Shown here: positions 14,557 to 29,400 of the stretch, piece after piece
Layout: the number at the start of each line of letters is the position of its first letter
Position numbering within the stretch: position 1 is the stretch's first letter
DNA from: Octopus bimaculoides
Taxonomy: Eukaryota
NCBI RefSeq assembly: GCF_001194135.2
Contig: NC_068987.1
Coordinates: forward strand, 5,320,577 to 5,384,576
Direction: 5' to 3'
Length of the DNA stretch: 64,000 nt
Translations under genes and position numbers: made by a program
The notes under the pieces: generated by a model
What the model was told of the DNA's origin: nothing
Seen by the model: only the letters and a program-made list of their open reading frames with translations
The model's database searches: none

Positions 14557-15090
14557 TACGACAGGCTTCTTTCAGTTTCCGTCTACCAAATCCACTCACA
14601 AGGCTTTGATCGGCCTAAGGCTATTATAGTAGAAGACACTTGCCCAAGGTGCCACGCAGTGAGACTGAACCCAGAACCATCTGGTTGGTAAGCAAGCTAC
14701 TTACCACACAGCCACTCCTGCGCCTATGTATGTATATATCATATCATCATCATCATTTATCGTCCGTTTCCCATACTAGTATGGGTTGGGTGGTTTGACA
14801 GAAACTGGCAAAGCCAGGAGCCACACCAGGCCCTATTGTCTGTTTTTGCATGGTTTCTATGACTGGATGCTCTTCCGGAGACGTAAGCACACCAACATCG
14901 GTTGTCAAGTGATGGTGGGGCAACAAACACAGACACACACACACATATATATACACACACAACGGGCTTCTTACAGTTTACATCTACCAAATCTACTCAC
15001 AAGGCTTTTGCCCAAGGTGCCATGCAGTGGCACTGAACCTGGAACCATGTGGTTGGTAAGCAAGCTACTTACCACACAGCCACTCCTGCG

Positions 15091-15136
<46 letters not shown>

Positions 15137-18100
15137 AATTATAAAAATTATTAAAAAAAATATACAGTACAGTACTGTTTTTACTTCGCAGATTTTCACC
15201 TATCGCAGGGGGTGTTTTGGAATGTAACCCCCACAATAGTCGAGGGATTACTGTGTATAAACAATGCGGATTCTAATTAAACAACTCAGATAATTTGTAA
15301 GACACTAACCCCTTTGATGAAATTGCTGATGTTGATTTTCTCATTCTGGGAGTGTGCCCCATCATCACAAGCACCCATAGGAAGTAGTAAAACATTTTTG
15401 TTAGTTGCTTGTTCCAAAGTGAGGGTCACTGGAATGCTACCCCCTTCACGGGTCATGTCAGGTTCTATGCCATACACTGGAGGAAGCAAAAGAGAAATTA
15501 AACTTTAGTCACAGGAAAAAATATTCTTTGTTAACAGATATTATATCATACATAAATAAGTGCATACATGTATACAGGTATAATCTACACACATGTATGT
15601 ATCTCTTTACCTGTCTGACAAGCTTTTTTAGCAGCATTGTAATTCACGTGATTAAAATCACTGAGCCAAGCAGGACCACCACCACCAGTGACTCTGTAAA
15701 ATAAAAAGAAAAAAAATTTCTTACAGATGGAGCTTAAGAAACTCAAAAGATGACAACCTACCCCTTTGCCTACCATGATGTCACAGGAGATGCACAGGAT
15801 GTATTTCCCTGTTGTCCATACATCACATATGTCACACACTGTGAAGGTAAATGGCTTAATTGTCAGGGTTTTTGGCTCACAATCTTCAGGTCATGAGTTC
15901 AATTCCCAGCAGTGCATTGTGTCCTTGAGCAAGACACTTTATTTCCTGTTGCTCCAGCCCATTCAGCTTGTTTAACTCTTTTGATACCAACCTGCCTAAA
16001 ACTGCTTCTGGTTCTGTAATACAAATGTCTTATTTTCATAAGTTCTGAATTAAAATCTTCCACCAAACCTTAGTCACAATTTATGTTTCTAACACTAGCT
16101 GAATGATAACTAAGTTATTTTACTTAAATTCTTTGTTATATTTATAGTTAATTGAAAGAAACACAGAGCATCTCAACAGAAATACAATGTCCAGCCAAAA
16201 TATTCTACATGCTTTATATTATAACTGACCAAATTTGGCCCCTCACACCTACTCTTCAATGCCATTCTAAAAATAAACTATCACATTATCAAACTCTTGA
16301 AGCTATAAAATAATTCATAATTAATTCCAGAAATCTGAATAAATAAGATTTCATTTAAGAGAATAATTATTTCTAGTCTAGAATAATTATTTCTAGTCTA
16401 GGCACAAGGCCTTGAAAATTTCTTTTGGGGAAGTGGGTTAGTCGATTATATCGACCCAGTGCGTAACTGGTACTTACTTCATCGACCCCGAAAGGATGAA
16501 AGGCTAAGTCGACCTCAGAGAAATTTGAACTCAGAACGTAGCGGCAGACGAAATACTGCTAAGCATTTCGCCCAGCATGTTAATGATTCTGCCAGCTCGC
16601 CTCCTTTAACAGAATAATCTGAAAGCTAAAAGGTTAATTGAGCTTCTCACTTGAGGTCACAATTACCCCGCCTCCCCCATGATTTCCCTGTTTCATTCTT
16701 GCATTTATTGGCACATTAGTGTATCTGATTTCAAATGCCTCTGGGGGTTTTGAAGGGTGGGGAGATGTGAAACACATCTAACCCATGCCAGCATGAAAAA
16801 ATGGACATGATACAATGATGATGATCAGGTTTTATGGGAAGTGGGAACATGGCGCTGTTCTTCAGTAATTATTGTAAGTCTGATATTGTTCAGACATGGT
16901 GTTGTGAGCCCACAGAGAGCTATATTAATACTATGGTCAAACCTTTCTTTAAACAAGCACTAATTTATGTGAACAACACTTCTGAATACCCAATCATAAT
17001 AAATTAAGATTACTGCACTCTGTTGATGCAGTAAAATGGTTCGTAAGAGAGCGGATACCCAGCTGTAAAAACCATCCTAAGAAAAAAGAAAATATGAAGG
17101 AACAAAGGGAGATAATGCAGGATAAAGGAGACTCTTTAGTCTAATGCAAACAACCTGCCTAGTGATGTTGGTATGATAAAATACAATGTTGAAAGGTGAT
17201 AGAAAGAATATAACGGTGTAAAAAATATGCCTAAAATGATGATACACACAGCCACCAAGATGGATGATCTTTCTTGTTTCTGTATGTCTTAGATTAGGAA
17301 AAAACTATGACACGAGGCAGCACTGCATTCAACTGATACTGCTATGGAAAAACAGATGTATTGTAATGATAGTTTTCCCTCATCTAATCTAGATATTTCC
17401 AGAATAAATACACTCCAAAACAGACATTAATAGCTTTATTAAATAGCAATTCTGAGCCAACTTGTCAGCTAAACAAATGAGGAGCAACTGAAGATGTCTG
17501 CTATCATCAGAACAGCTTGGACATGTGACTCAAGCACCCAGTCCACTCTGTAAGGTGGTTAGCATTAAGAAGGGCATCCAGCTGTAGAAACCATGCCAAA
17601 AACAGTATGGAATCTGGTGTTGCTCCTGGCTGTGCCAGTTCCTACCAAGCCATCCAACCCATGCCAGCATGGAAAACACCAACCACTCAGCAGTGTCCTG
17701 GCTTAGGACGAATGTTGCTGTAATTTCGACCCAGGAGACATTGTCTCCAGCTGGCTATACGACAAGATCTGTGTCCTTATATTTTTGAACAAGGGAATCT
17801 AGATTCCTTTGTTTGAAAAAAATATATATATATATAAGGACACAGAGATCATGTTGTAAAGCCAGCTGGAGACAATCTTTACTCCAAAGTACTGTTGCTG
17901 AATATCTCTCGTGAGATTTAAAAATAGTAATTTTCAGATGGTGAAAGTGTCCAATAAAAAAATAAAGGACAAATGAGATTATCTTACAATCCTAAAACAA
18001 CAAATGCTAATGCTTACCTAAATTTGTTGGGTGAGCCTCTTGTCTTGTAGCAATTCTCCAAATAGGATTTAGCCAATTTTGTCACTTCATCAGGAGTTTG

Positions 18101-21100
18101 GTTTGGCACTATACGAATGGAGAACTTTCCAATCACTTTTCTGGGAATAACAGTCTTTGCACCAGGTTCACTGAAAGCTCCTTCAATACCTAAGGAAAAA
18201 ACAAGAAACAAAATAAAATTTGGAATAACAAAACACAATGGCTGTGTTTCATTGTATCAAAATTATCAAATTATTGAAATAAGCCATATTTGATCAGAGA
18301 TGGGGATGAATAAAGTAAGATTTTTAAATAATCTAGGGTTACGATAAAGACATGAACAAATATTGTGTAAGAAAGTGCTTACTAGCAGAACTAGATGTAA
18401 AACATTTCAAAGAGTTTAAAGAGCAGGACAAAATATGGGAAACAGATGTGCAAGAGTTGGCTTCCAAGAGGAGTTAGTTCCGAAGAACAGATATTGATCA
18501 TGTGATATATCTTGGTTAAGGGCTCTTAATAATACCAGTTGCATGGTTTGAGATCATATTTGCTCAGTGGTGCTGTCCACCCTACCAGCAAGGAGCATGC
18601 TAAGAGATATTGTTTCTATACAGAACCCTCTACACTCAACCTCTAAATCTCTCGTGTTCTGGCTCCAAGTGCCACACCCTGGAACACTGTCTCAGCTGGG
18701 AAGCTAAAGCACAAGGGGTGGTGTTGACACTGCACAACTAGACAAGAGTGGAGGAATCTCAAGAAGATAGATCTTGGTTAAGGGCTCTGCATACCAGTAG
18801 CAGAGTTTGATATAATACCATTTAGACCAGTCAATAGTCCAAAACCTTTATTTTTCTGTCTTATATGATAGAGTTAATTGCCTGACTTTCGAAGATGAGA
18901 AGTGGACCCTCAAGTTATAAATCCCTCTTCATTTGAGAGGGATGAGAAATGATAGTTTTTGACTTTCATGCCTTTTGCCAGAGAATTAGATGAATAAAGA
19001 GTTACAAGGCTGATGAGTAAAGCTTGGCTAATTAGGAGATTAATGTTTTATTATGTGGCTTCTACCACCAGCAAATTATATTTTAATTAATGAAAAAAGA
19101 AAGAAAAAGTGAGTTACTGATGGCTCAATCATTGGAGTTCTGGCCTTCTGACTAAACATCATAGTAAAGCTTCTTAACCACACAGCCACACCAAAATTAA
19201 CAAAGTTTATAAGTACATCAATGAATATAAAGAGTAAGAGGTTTACCATGAAGTGAGAGAGATGGGTTTCGCCACCTATGCTTCAGAATTTCATCCTTTG
19301 ATGAATGCATGAGTTTTTCACAGCCTATATCTTTACAGTAGTCCTCCTGTACAAAGATTAAATAAGAGAGAATCACAAAGACATGTCTACGTATATATAC
19401 AAAGCAGATGGTAGAAATAAGGCCTTGTCCAGCATATTAATCCTTTTTGTGATTACGTTTCTAATGAGTTGACTGTTTTGCAATTGATGCTCAATATAAT
19501 CAAGGTTTTAGAGGTAGTTAGCAAAAAATCTCTAAGTCGGAAGCAACGACAGAGTCCTTTGGCATTATGTCATGCTTGAGAAGAAGACCCATCACGCCAA
19601 GTAAAACCACAGTCATGGCAGATACCGGTGGCACATAAAGGCTCCCATTACACTCTTGGAATTGCCACTTTTAGTCAACTGTTTTAAATGTCACTTTTTG
19701 TTAATTCTTACAATTGTCACCTTTTGTCAATTCTTTCAATTGTCACTTTTTGTCAATTCTTTCAAATGTCACCTTTTGTCAATTCTTTNNNNNNNNNNTC
19801 TTTCAATTGTCACTTTTTGTCAATTCTTTCAAATGTCACCTTTTGTCAATTCTTTCAAATGTCACCTTTTGTTAATTCTTACAATTGTCACTTTTTGTCA
19901 ATTCTTTCAAATGTCACCTTTTGTCAATTCTTTCAATTGTCACTTTTTGTCAATTCTTTCAAATGTCACCTTTTGTCAATTCGTTCAATTGTCACTTTTT
20001 GTCAATTCTTTCAAATGTCACCTTTTGTCAATTCTTTCAATTGTCACTTTTTGTCAATTCTTTCAATTGTCACTTTTTGTCAATTCTTTCAGTCGTCACC
20101 TTTTGTCAATACCTGAAATAATTTCCTTTTTTCAATGCCAAAGTCATATTCAAAGCTGTCATTTTTGATAACAGATTCCATTCTAAACTGGTGTCATTAA
20201 TATGATAGTTTCCTACCTGGAGCAATGCATTTGCATTCACAACTACATCTAACGCTGCTTAGAAGGGCTGTTGAACTAGACTTCAGCCAAAAACCTCACA
20301 GTCAGCATATCAAGACTTTTACTTTGTCGAGACAAAAAGGAAGAGTAAAAGACATGAGACTTACCAAATCAAAATCAATATTCTCATATAAGGAATTTTC
20401 TTCTGAAGTGATTGATTTCACAGAATCATAAATTCCTGGAATCAGGATACGACCATTCAAATCAACCAAAGAATTCATCAAAAAGACAAGGTCACTCATT
20501 GCTTCATGACTGAAAATAAATAAAGGGAAGGTGGAATAAGATATTATTCTTTAGTTCTTTTTTTGAAGGGGTTGGTAAGTAAGCTACTTACCACACAGCC
20601 ACTCCTGTGCCTGTGTATGTATTTGTGTGCCTGTGTTTGTTCCCCAATGCCATCATTTGACAACCGATGTTGGTGTGTTTACGTCCCCATAAATTAGCGG
20701 TTCGGCCAAAGAAACCGATAGAATAAGTAGCAGGCTTACAAAGAATAAGTCCTGGGGCTCGATTTCATCATCATCATCATCGTCGTCGTTTAACGTCCGC
20801 TTTCCATGCTAGCATGGGTTGGACGATTTGACTGAGGACTAGTGAAACCAGATGGCTATACCAGGCTCCAATCTGATTTGGCAGAGTTTCTACAGCTGGA
20901 TGCCCTTCCTGTTTGACTAAAAGGCAGTGCTCCAGCATGGCCACAGTCAAATGACTGAAAGAAGTAAAAGAATAAAAGAATATCTGCTGGTTTCATGCTG
21001 ATTTGATCTGTGAATTACATTAAGCACGCATACAATGATTAGGAAGAAACTAATCAAGAAAGCACTTCATTATTTACCTTCTTAACGAATGTGCTGTACT

Positions 21101-23087
21101 CATGCACATTTGTTTGTTTACACTTTTTTGCTCAATTGTATGGATGGACAGAGAGGTCAAAAATGCAATGGCTATATGCACAGGTGAAGCATGTGATAAA
21201 ACAAGATTGCTGTTCCGAAATAGAACAATGCCTGGAAAACTACATCTGCCATCTATGTACAAAACCCAAGAATTTTTTTTTTAAATTGATGGGTTGAATA
21301 TGGTAAATGCCATGATTCTGTCTGTCTTCAATAATCCCGGGTAAAAAAAAAAAAAAAAAAGACATGTCTGTGGAATACTCGGCCACTTATTTATTAATTC
21401 GGGAACAAGTAATTCAGTCAAGATCAAACAAGTGAATCCTCATTCATGAATGGAGGAGATCTACCACCAGAATTAGCATCACTATAAACCTAACATAAAA
21501 CAGGAGATGAAAGTAATGTAAAACTACAACTCAGACTGAGATGAAACAACAAAAAAAAAGGGTTAAAGACCCCTTCCAGTCATGAACAACCATGGGATTG
21601 CACCTAGAAAGTTTCCCTCCGAGGCACAAGTCTGGGCAAAGTTGTTTATAGAAGACCAGCAGTCACCCATACATACCAGTCTCCCCCTCTCCACGCCACC
21701 GATGTTATCCAAGGGAAAGGCAAAAGGGGCCGACACAGCTCGGCACCTGTGATGTCACAACTTATTTCTACAGCTGAGGGAACTGGAGCAGCGTGAAATA
21801 AAGTGTCTTGCTCAAGAACTAAACACACAGCCTGGTCTTGGAATTGAACTCACGACCTTCATGATTGTGACCACTGAGTCAATCACCTTTACCAAAATGG
21901 AACAGCAATAATAAATAGTAATATTAACAATACATGAAATTCTTATGCTGTTATAAGGTTACAAGGAAATTCATCAGAAGAAATGCCATTTTCAATGATC
22001 TCACCAGACATTTTCTTGATATCTAACATTGCCTATTTAGAACTTTTATGAAATCTCTTAGCATTTTGCTTTCCCCCCGAAAAAGGAAAAGAAATAAACC
22101 ATGAGCAGCTGTATTACTTTCAGATTCTATTATTTGAACTTCTGCTTTGTTACACGGGAATGTGGCTTTATATAAAACATGACCTACTACTTCATAAAAC
22201 ATGTAAACAACCTGCTATATATAACATTTGAACTTTTATATTATTTCCGATAATAATAAGCCAGTCATTTCGACTGGGCAGGTCTATATATATATATATG
22301 CATACATATAGTTCACTCTCCTGTTAAGGTAATACCAACAAAAGAAATACTCTATCAGGTGAGAGAAAGGTATTAATACACAAAGTTCATGGTTATGAGC
22401 TATCAATAGTTTCATACACTGATGATTATCTAGGCAGGGTTTTAAAACAAACCTAGTGTCTCAAAGTAGTGTTCAGGCTCTGGGCACAGGGATTTGTAAC
22501 TTGTATAGACCATGTGTGTAAAACCTGAAGGTTACTTGAAGAAACTAGATACATTTTAAAACCTGCCTAGATAATCTTCAAATTTATGAAACTTTTAGTG
22601 GCTCATACCTATAAACTGTGTATATTAAACAATATATATATATAAGATATAGAAATAAATTTATTTCTCAAATGCGTGATAATGCTATAAATAGCGTGAT
22701 CAGAATAAATTATCCATACATTGCAGAAAAATACGCTACTGGCCAGCTTATATATATCATCATCGTCGTTTAACATCCACTTTCCATGCTAGCATGGGTT
22801 GGACGGTCTGACTGAGGACTGGTGAACCAGAAGGTTGCACCAGGCTCCAATCTGAGCTGGCAAAGTTTCTACAGCTGGATGCCCTTCCTAACGCCAACCA
22901 CTCCTAGAGTTTAGTAGGTGCTTTTATGTGTCACCTGTACGAGGGCCAGAGTGGTTGGTGTTAGGAAGGGCATCTAGCTGTAAAACTATTGCTAGATCAG
23001 ATTGGAGCCTGTTGCACTAGCTCTCCAGACCGCAGTCAAACCATCCAACCCATGCCAGCTTGGAAAACGGACGTTAAATGATGATGA

Positions 23088-23119
<32 letters not shown>

Positions 23120-25916
23120 CTTCAAAAGGACTTGGTTCAACAATATGTAAATTTCAAAAGTTTAAAAACCAAAGTGACGGCACAAAGCGTTTAGGAAAGA
23201 GTGTTACATTGATGATCATAAGAACAAGGTTTCGATTCCTGGACTGAGTAGTGTGTTGTGTAAATGAGCAAAACATTTCATTTCATGTTATTCCAGTCCA
23301 CTCCCCTGTAAATGAGAATGATGTCCTGCAATGGAATGGTGTCCTGTTCAGAAGGAATGTCACCATCCATTACCATGGAAACTTGGTAACTTGGCTCTTT
23401 GAGTTCTGGGACTTGAGACAGTAATTATCAGGAAATGACAGTGATGATGATGATGATGATGAAAGTTTTAAAAAATGCCATATTATCTATGTTGGTGAAG
23501 AGATACCAAATAATAATAAAATAAACAATTGAAACACAGAAGTACTTACACAGAACCACCAAACACACCGGAATGTAAATCTTTAGACGAACATTCTACT
23601 TCAACGTAGAAGTAACAAACCCCACTGAAAGAGATTAGAAATATTGCTATTTTAATTTATTGGCATCACTAATTCACGTGGTACAGATAAACATCCTATT
23701 TTCCTTAAGATATAAACTAGATATTTTGTCAATGTAAGAAAAATTTCCAAAATTTGATTTGATTGAACCAAAGATAACATTTTCATATTCTAACATCAAA
23801 CATAATGCTCTGGTCTTTACAAGTCTTCTGTGAAATTTTACCAAATTGGGTGCTAGTATATCGCACCCACTTTGGGTGAATTACAACTACCTGGCATCTC
23901 TATCAGGATCATTGTCATTACATAATTGATTACACAGACACACTGAACACTTCAAAAGCAAACATGTTACAAATGACAAATTCTTAAAATACATACTGTT
24001 CACAAGAGTTTTGAGAAACAGTTATCAGTTATTTCACAAAACTTAGAAACTACATATCATCATTATCATTTAATGTCCATTTTCCATGCTGGTATGGGTT
24101 GGACGATTATCAAGCCAGAGGGCTGCACCTGTTTCTACAGCTGGATGCCCTTCTTATTGCCAACCACTTTGCAGAGTGTACTAGGGGCCTTGTTTACGTA
24201 GCACCAGTATCAGTGCTTTATACAGCACATATAAATTGTTTATATATTCTTTGAATAAATTTTACTAATGGACATTAACCCTTTCGTTACCAACCCGGCT
24301 GAAACCACCTCTGACTCTGTAGTACAAATGTCTTGTTTTCATATGTTTTGAATTAAAATCTTCCATCAAATCTTAGTCACAATTTATGTTCCTAACACTA
24401 GCTTAATGATAACTAAATCATTTTACTAAATTCTTTGTTATATTTGAAGTAATTGAAAGAAACACAGAGCTTCTCAAAATAAATACGGTAACGAAAGGGT
24501 TAAATGATAATGATGATGATGGTAATGACAAAATTCTACAATTAGTTATTCCATTCATTAATTAAAAACACCCTGAATCTTATTGAATCTATGGCCAAGA
24601 TTAAAGCATCTTTCTACCTATTTATCTATCTTGAACAATACCAATGACTAATATCTGATGAATCTATCACAAAGACATTCTACTACATCAAAGGGATATT
24701 GGAAATTTTGTCATAAACATCTTTGCTGTAGGAATATTCACAGTAAGAAATATTGCTGGCATAAAATTCACCGACAAATACTGCAATACAATCCACAAGA
24801 TAAGATACATTATTTGTACAGCATTGCTTGGAATTTTCATAGATTTTAAATGACTTCACCGTACTTTTGGACATTGAATAAAGATTTGCTCATTTAATGT
24901 TTTTATGAACCTTTTTATCGATTCTTTTTCAAAAATGCTGATAAAATATGCTTTTATCATTGTCCATATGGTGAATTTGTCTTGCTGTAAATTTTCTTAC
25001 GGTAAATTTTCCCATGGCAAAAATGTTTACAGAAAACTTTTTGCATCATATGAATCTAATTTTGTTAATCATAAGCAAGTAAATCTTATCTTACTAGTTA
25101 AAATTACATAATTAATTAATATTTGAAAAAAATATTAAATATGGTTCATTAATTATCCTTACCGAAGTCCATAAGTCAAGCAGGGTTTATTCTTTCCAAG
25201 CCAGTAATTATCAGAGATGCAGACGAAATCAATATCCTACAAATGGAACAGAAACATGTTACTATGCATGAAAAGACAGATATCAAAGACCTACCCTGTT
25301 CTTCTAAAAAAAATCCCCATCAAAATGGAATAGTTCCAACTTATTTGGCCTTCCTGATCTGAAACTCAGCCCACATCCCCACGAAAAAATTTTCCCCACA
25401 AATTTCTTTATAATCGTAATCTATGTCATTTGAAAGGTATATATATAAAATTTCATTAAAAGATACCCATTTTCCTGAAAGTTATGAGGGAAAAAAATTC
25501 AGATTCTGTGAATTTTCCAAAACTCCTCTCCCTACCCCCTCGAAAAAAATCTTTCTCATAAATCCTTATATACACTGAATCCACCGCATCTAAGTAGTAT
25601 TCTTTCAAAAGTATCAAAAGTATCTCTGGAAGTTATGAGGCAACAAAGTCAGGGGTGGGGGGTACACAACTGTAGTTTTGCCAACAAAACTATACCGTTG
25701 TTCACAGTAAAGGGCAATAACTCCAGTTGCACTAAAAAATCCCGTATCTCGGGAAGCCGTGGTCCAATTTACACGAAACTTGTTTTATGCCATTTATATT
25801 CTCATTAAAAGGGTACTTTATACTTTCAGAGTATTTTTCCATTATGCACCGGTTTGGCTGTATTAAATTACAGTCAAGCACAAATGCAAGCAAGCAATCA
25901 AGCACACAGTTTTAGT

Positions 25917-25970
<54 letters not shown>

Positions 25971-26379
25971 TAGACAGACAGACAGATAGATAGATAGACA
26001 GACAGATTGATAGACAGATAGATATACTGTCTGATCTAGGTTACATCATCCATCGTATGTTATTTATTATTTCTATACATTGGTCTGTGTCAAATCTACG
26101 AAATATAGTAACAACACAATCCATGATGCTGCACTGGAATGTTAATTTACTTACTGAAAGGTGACATTTCATTCAGCCGATACTCTTACAGTCATATTTA
26201 CCAAACTACATGCACAGCTCTATGTGTTGTCAGCTTTTCTAGATGTCTCTTCATTTGTCATTTCCAAATCAGCCAGAATCAATTCAACCAAGCATATTCG
26301 TCTGGTTACTAATCTCTACGTATCTGTTTAGTTTTTAACCAGTTCTTATCTACTATTTAAGCTTAACTCTATGAGTGTG

Positions 26380-26410
<31 letters not shown>

Positions 26411-29400
26411 TAGGGTTAGTAAAAATATTGCAGCAATAAAAAAGATATATATAAAACTGCTAAAAATAACAAACAAGGATAAAAAAAAAAATAGAGATAA
26501 ACTCAAAAATTTGAAGGAAATTAATAGAAGCTAAGTTGGAAAATAGGTGGTGGGGGATATGGAATAGGAAAACCATCTCCTTACCTTCAAAAAAGAATCT
26601 TTCTTTGACATTAACAGTTCTGAAAGACCAACAGAATCAGATTCTTCCATGGCTTCAAACACAAACTGGAAACAAACAAAAAAAGTAGTTATTAAGGATA
26701 GCAATACATATCAACAATAGAATTGAAGGAATAAAGGTAGATTAAAGTTTAATTAAGGTGTGAGAAAAAAAACAACAAAAAAACTAATGTCTTACTTTTA
26801 AATTGACAGGAATGTCAATTTTCTGATTTTGGAAAGCTTCAATAGTGTTCAACCAACCAAGAACTGGTCCCTGAAATTATAAAGAAATATATACATTGGA
26901 GCCTAGTGTAGCCATCTGGTTCGTCAGTCCTCAGTCAAATCGTCCAACCCATGCTAGCATGGAAAGCGGACGTTAAACAATGATACATAGTAAAGAATAT
27001 GCAACAATTCAAAGAGTAAAACGGTTCCAGGTTGGATTCATCATCATCATCATCGCCACCGCTGCCACCACCACCACCACCGTTTAATGTCTGGTTTGTG
27101 CTGGCATGGGTTGGACAGTCTGAGAGAAGCTGTCCAGGCAGAAGCCTGCACCAGACTTCTGTGTCTGTTTTGGCAGGGTTTTTACAGCTGGATGTCCTTC
27201 CTAACACCAACCACCCACCCAGCAAGGGAAAAATATCATCTCCCATAGACTGTGGTTAACAAATGTTTTGTGAGTGGAAACTGGTCAGTGGAGACCGTTT
27301 GGAAGCTCATGTGTATGAATGCATGCTGCCAAATGCATGCACACACACACACACACACACACACACTGTATGTTAGCAAGGCTGATAAATCAGTGGATTA
27401 AACAAAAATACCTTGTGGTATTTAGTCGGTTAAGTTAATGTACCCTGTGAAGGTGCATGGCTTAGTGGTCAGAGGTATTTGGCTCACAATCATAAGGCTG
27501 TGAGTTCGATTCCTGGTGGCACATTGTTTCCTTGAGCAAGACACTTAATTTTCACATTGCTTCAGTCATTTCAGCTGGCAACAATGAGCTGTACCTGTAA
27601 TCTAAAAGGGACCAGCCTTGTCACATCCTGTGTCACACTGAATCTCCTTGACAATTACGTTAAGGGTTCCATGCAATTTTTTGTCTACGAAATACACTCA
27701 CAAGACGTTGGTTGGTCCAGTTCTATGTTAAAAAAAAAAACTACTTGCCCAAGGTGCTATGCAGTGAATCTGAACCTGATACCAGGTTGATGGGAAGCAA
27801 ACTTCTCAACCAACACAACCATGCCTGCACCTCGTTTTTTTTTTAATTTCCCACAAATTCACTCATCCAGAAATGAAGTACCCAGCTTACCTTATCATCA
27901 GTTGATCCTCTCCCAAATAACTTGCCGTCAATTTCTGTTAAAACAAATGGCTCTGTATTCCAGCCATCAGACTAATAAAGAGAAAAAAAAAATTACAAAT
28001 TTAGTAATTATTCAATTTCAAACAATGAAGTCATAACATTATTTACATTTGACGGATATTTGTCCTCATCTTGTTTGTTAACACAACATTTCAGCTGATA
28101 TACCTTCCAGCCTTCATCAGGTGTCTTGGGGAAATTTTGAGCCTGGGTCCTCATTCCTAAGGTATTTTTCGATGTTATTATCATCATCATCATCATTATT
28201 ATTATTATATTATTATTCGGTTCACTGCCTAGAATCGAACTATGGGCATATGACGTAGTGGTTAAGAGTGCGGGTTACTAACCCCAAGATTCCGAGTTTG
28301 ATTCTAGGTAGTGACCTGAACGACGACGACGACAACGACAACAACAACAACATCGAAAAATACCTTAGGAATGAGAACCCAGGTTTGAAATTTCCCCAAG
28401 ACACCTCATGAAGGCTGGAGGGTATATCAGCCGATACTTTGTGTTAACAAACAAGATGAGGACAAATATCCATCAAATGTAAATAATGTACATAAGTCCT
28501 CATCTCTTAAGTATAGAACTGAATGAAGTCATAAGTTAAACAGAGAAAACCAGTCACATAGCAGAAGCCTATTCCTTCATCACCATCGATGTTTAACATC
28601 CACTTTTCCATATGGAATTTGCTGAGGCAGATTTACTACAGCTGGATGCCCCTGAGAGGTAATATTTTCGCATGACTAGATACGTTTCCACGGAAGATTG
28701 GAAACGAAAGACACTGCTTACGTAACTAGGACACTTTTTTACAACTATCATGTAAGGACACATTCACACACACACGAGAGGTTTCTTTCAGTTTCCATCT
28801 ACCAAATCCACTCACAAGGCTTTGGTCATCCAAGGGCTATAGAAGACACTGGTGCCTCGCAATGAAACAGAACCTGAAACCATGTGGCTAGGAAGCAAAC
28901 TTCTTCACACAGCCACGGCCGCACCTACACAAAAACACACAACTTTTCATTAACTGACATAAGTTGTGCGAATTGCATATTTTGATAGACTAACTCTCTC
29001 CTCCGATAGAATCTTTCTTTTCTGTTCTTTGCTCCCAGTAAATAACAGGTTTCAAGCAGAAGCAACGAGCTTTCACTGAGTTCGTGATGAAGGCGGATAG
29101 AATCAACGACATAAGCAAAGTGTACAGATGGATGAAAAATTTCAAAAGAAACCCGCATTGAAGACATGCCACTAAAGGGGAGATAATCCATTGCGATCAC
29201 ATGAACCATCAGCGAATGAATAAAATTATTTGAACGGAGAGAAAAGTCACAATACAGTAGAGAAGATGGTGAAAGACTCTGGAAATTGAAAAGTATATGC
29301 AGAGTGCGTACTTCAGCAACTGACACCCAACTTCAGCGAAAGAAGTGTGGAGAGCAATGTGCAGAAATGGACGAAAATTTTCAAGTAAAAGAAATCTCCG

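Noticed and set aside
19656-20168. 170-aa and 142-aa periodic ORFs
   Set aside because: These are translations of the 26-bp minisatellite.
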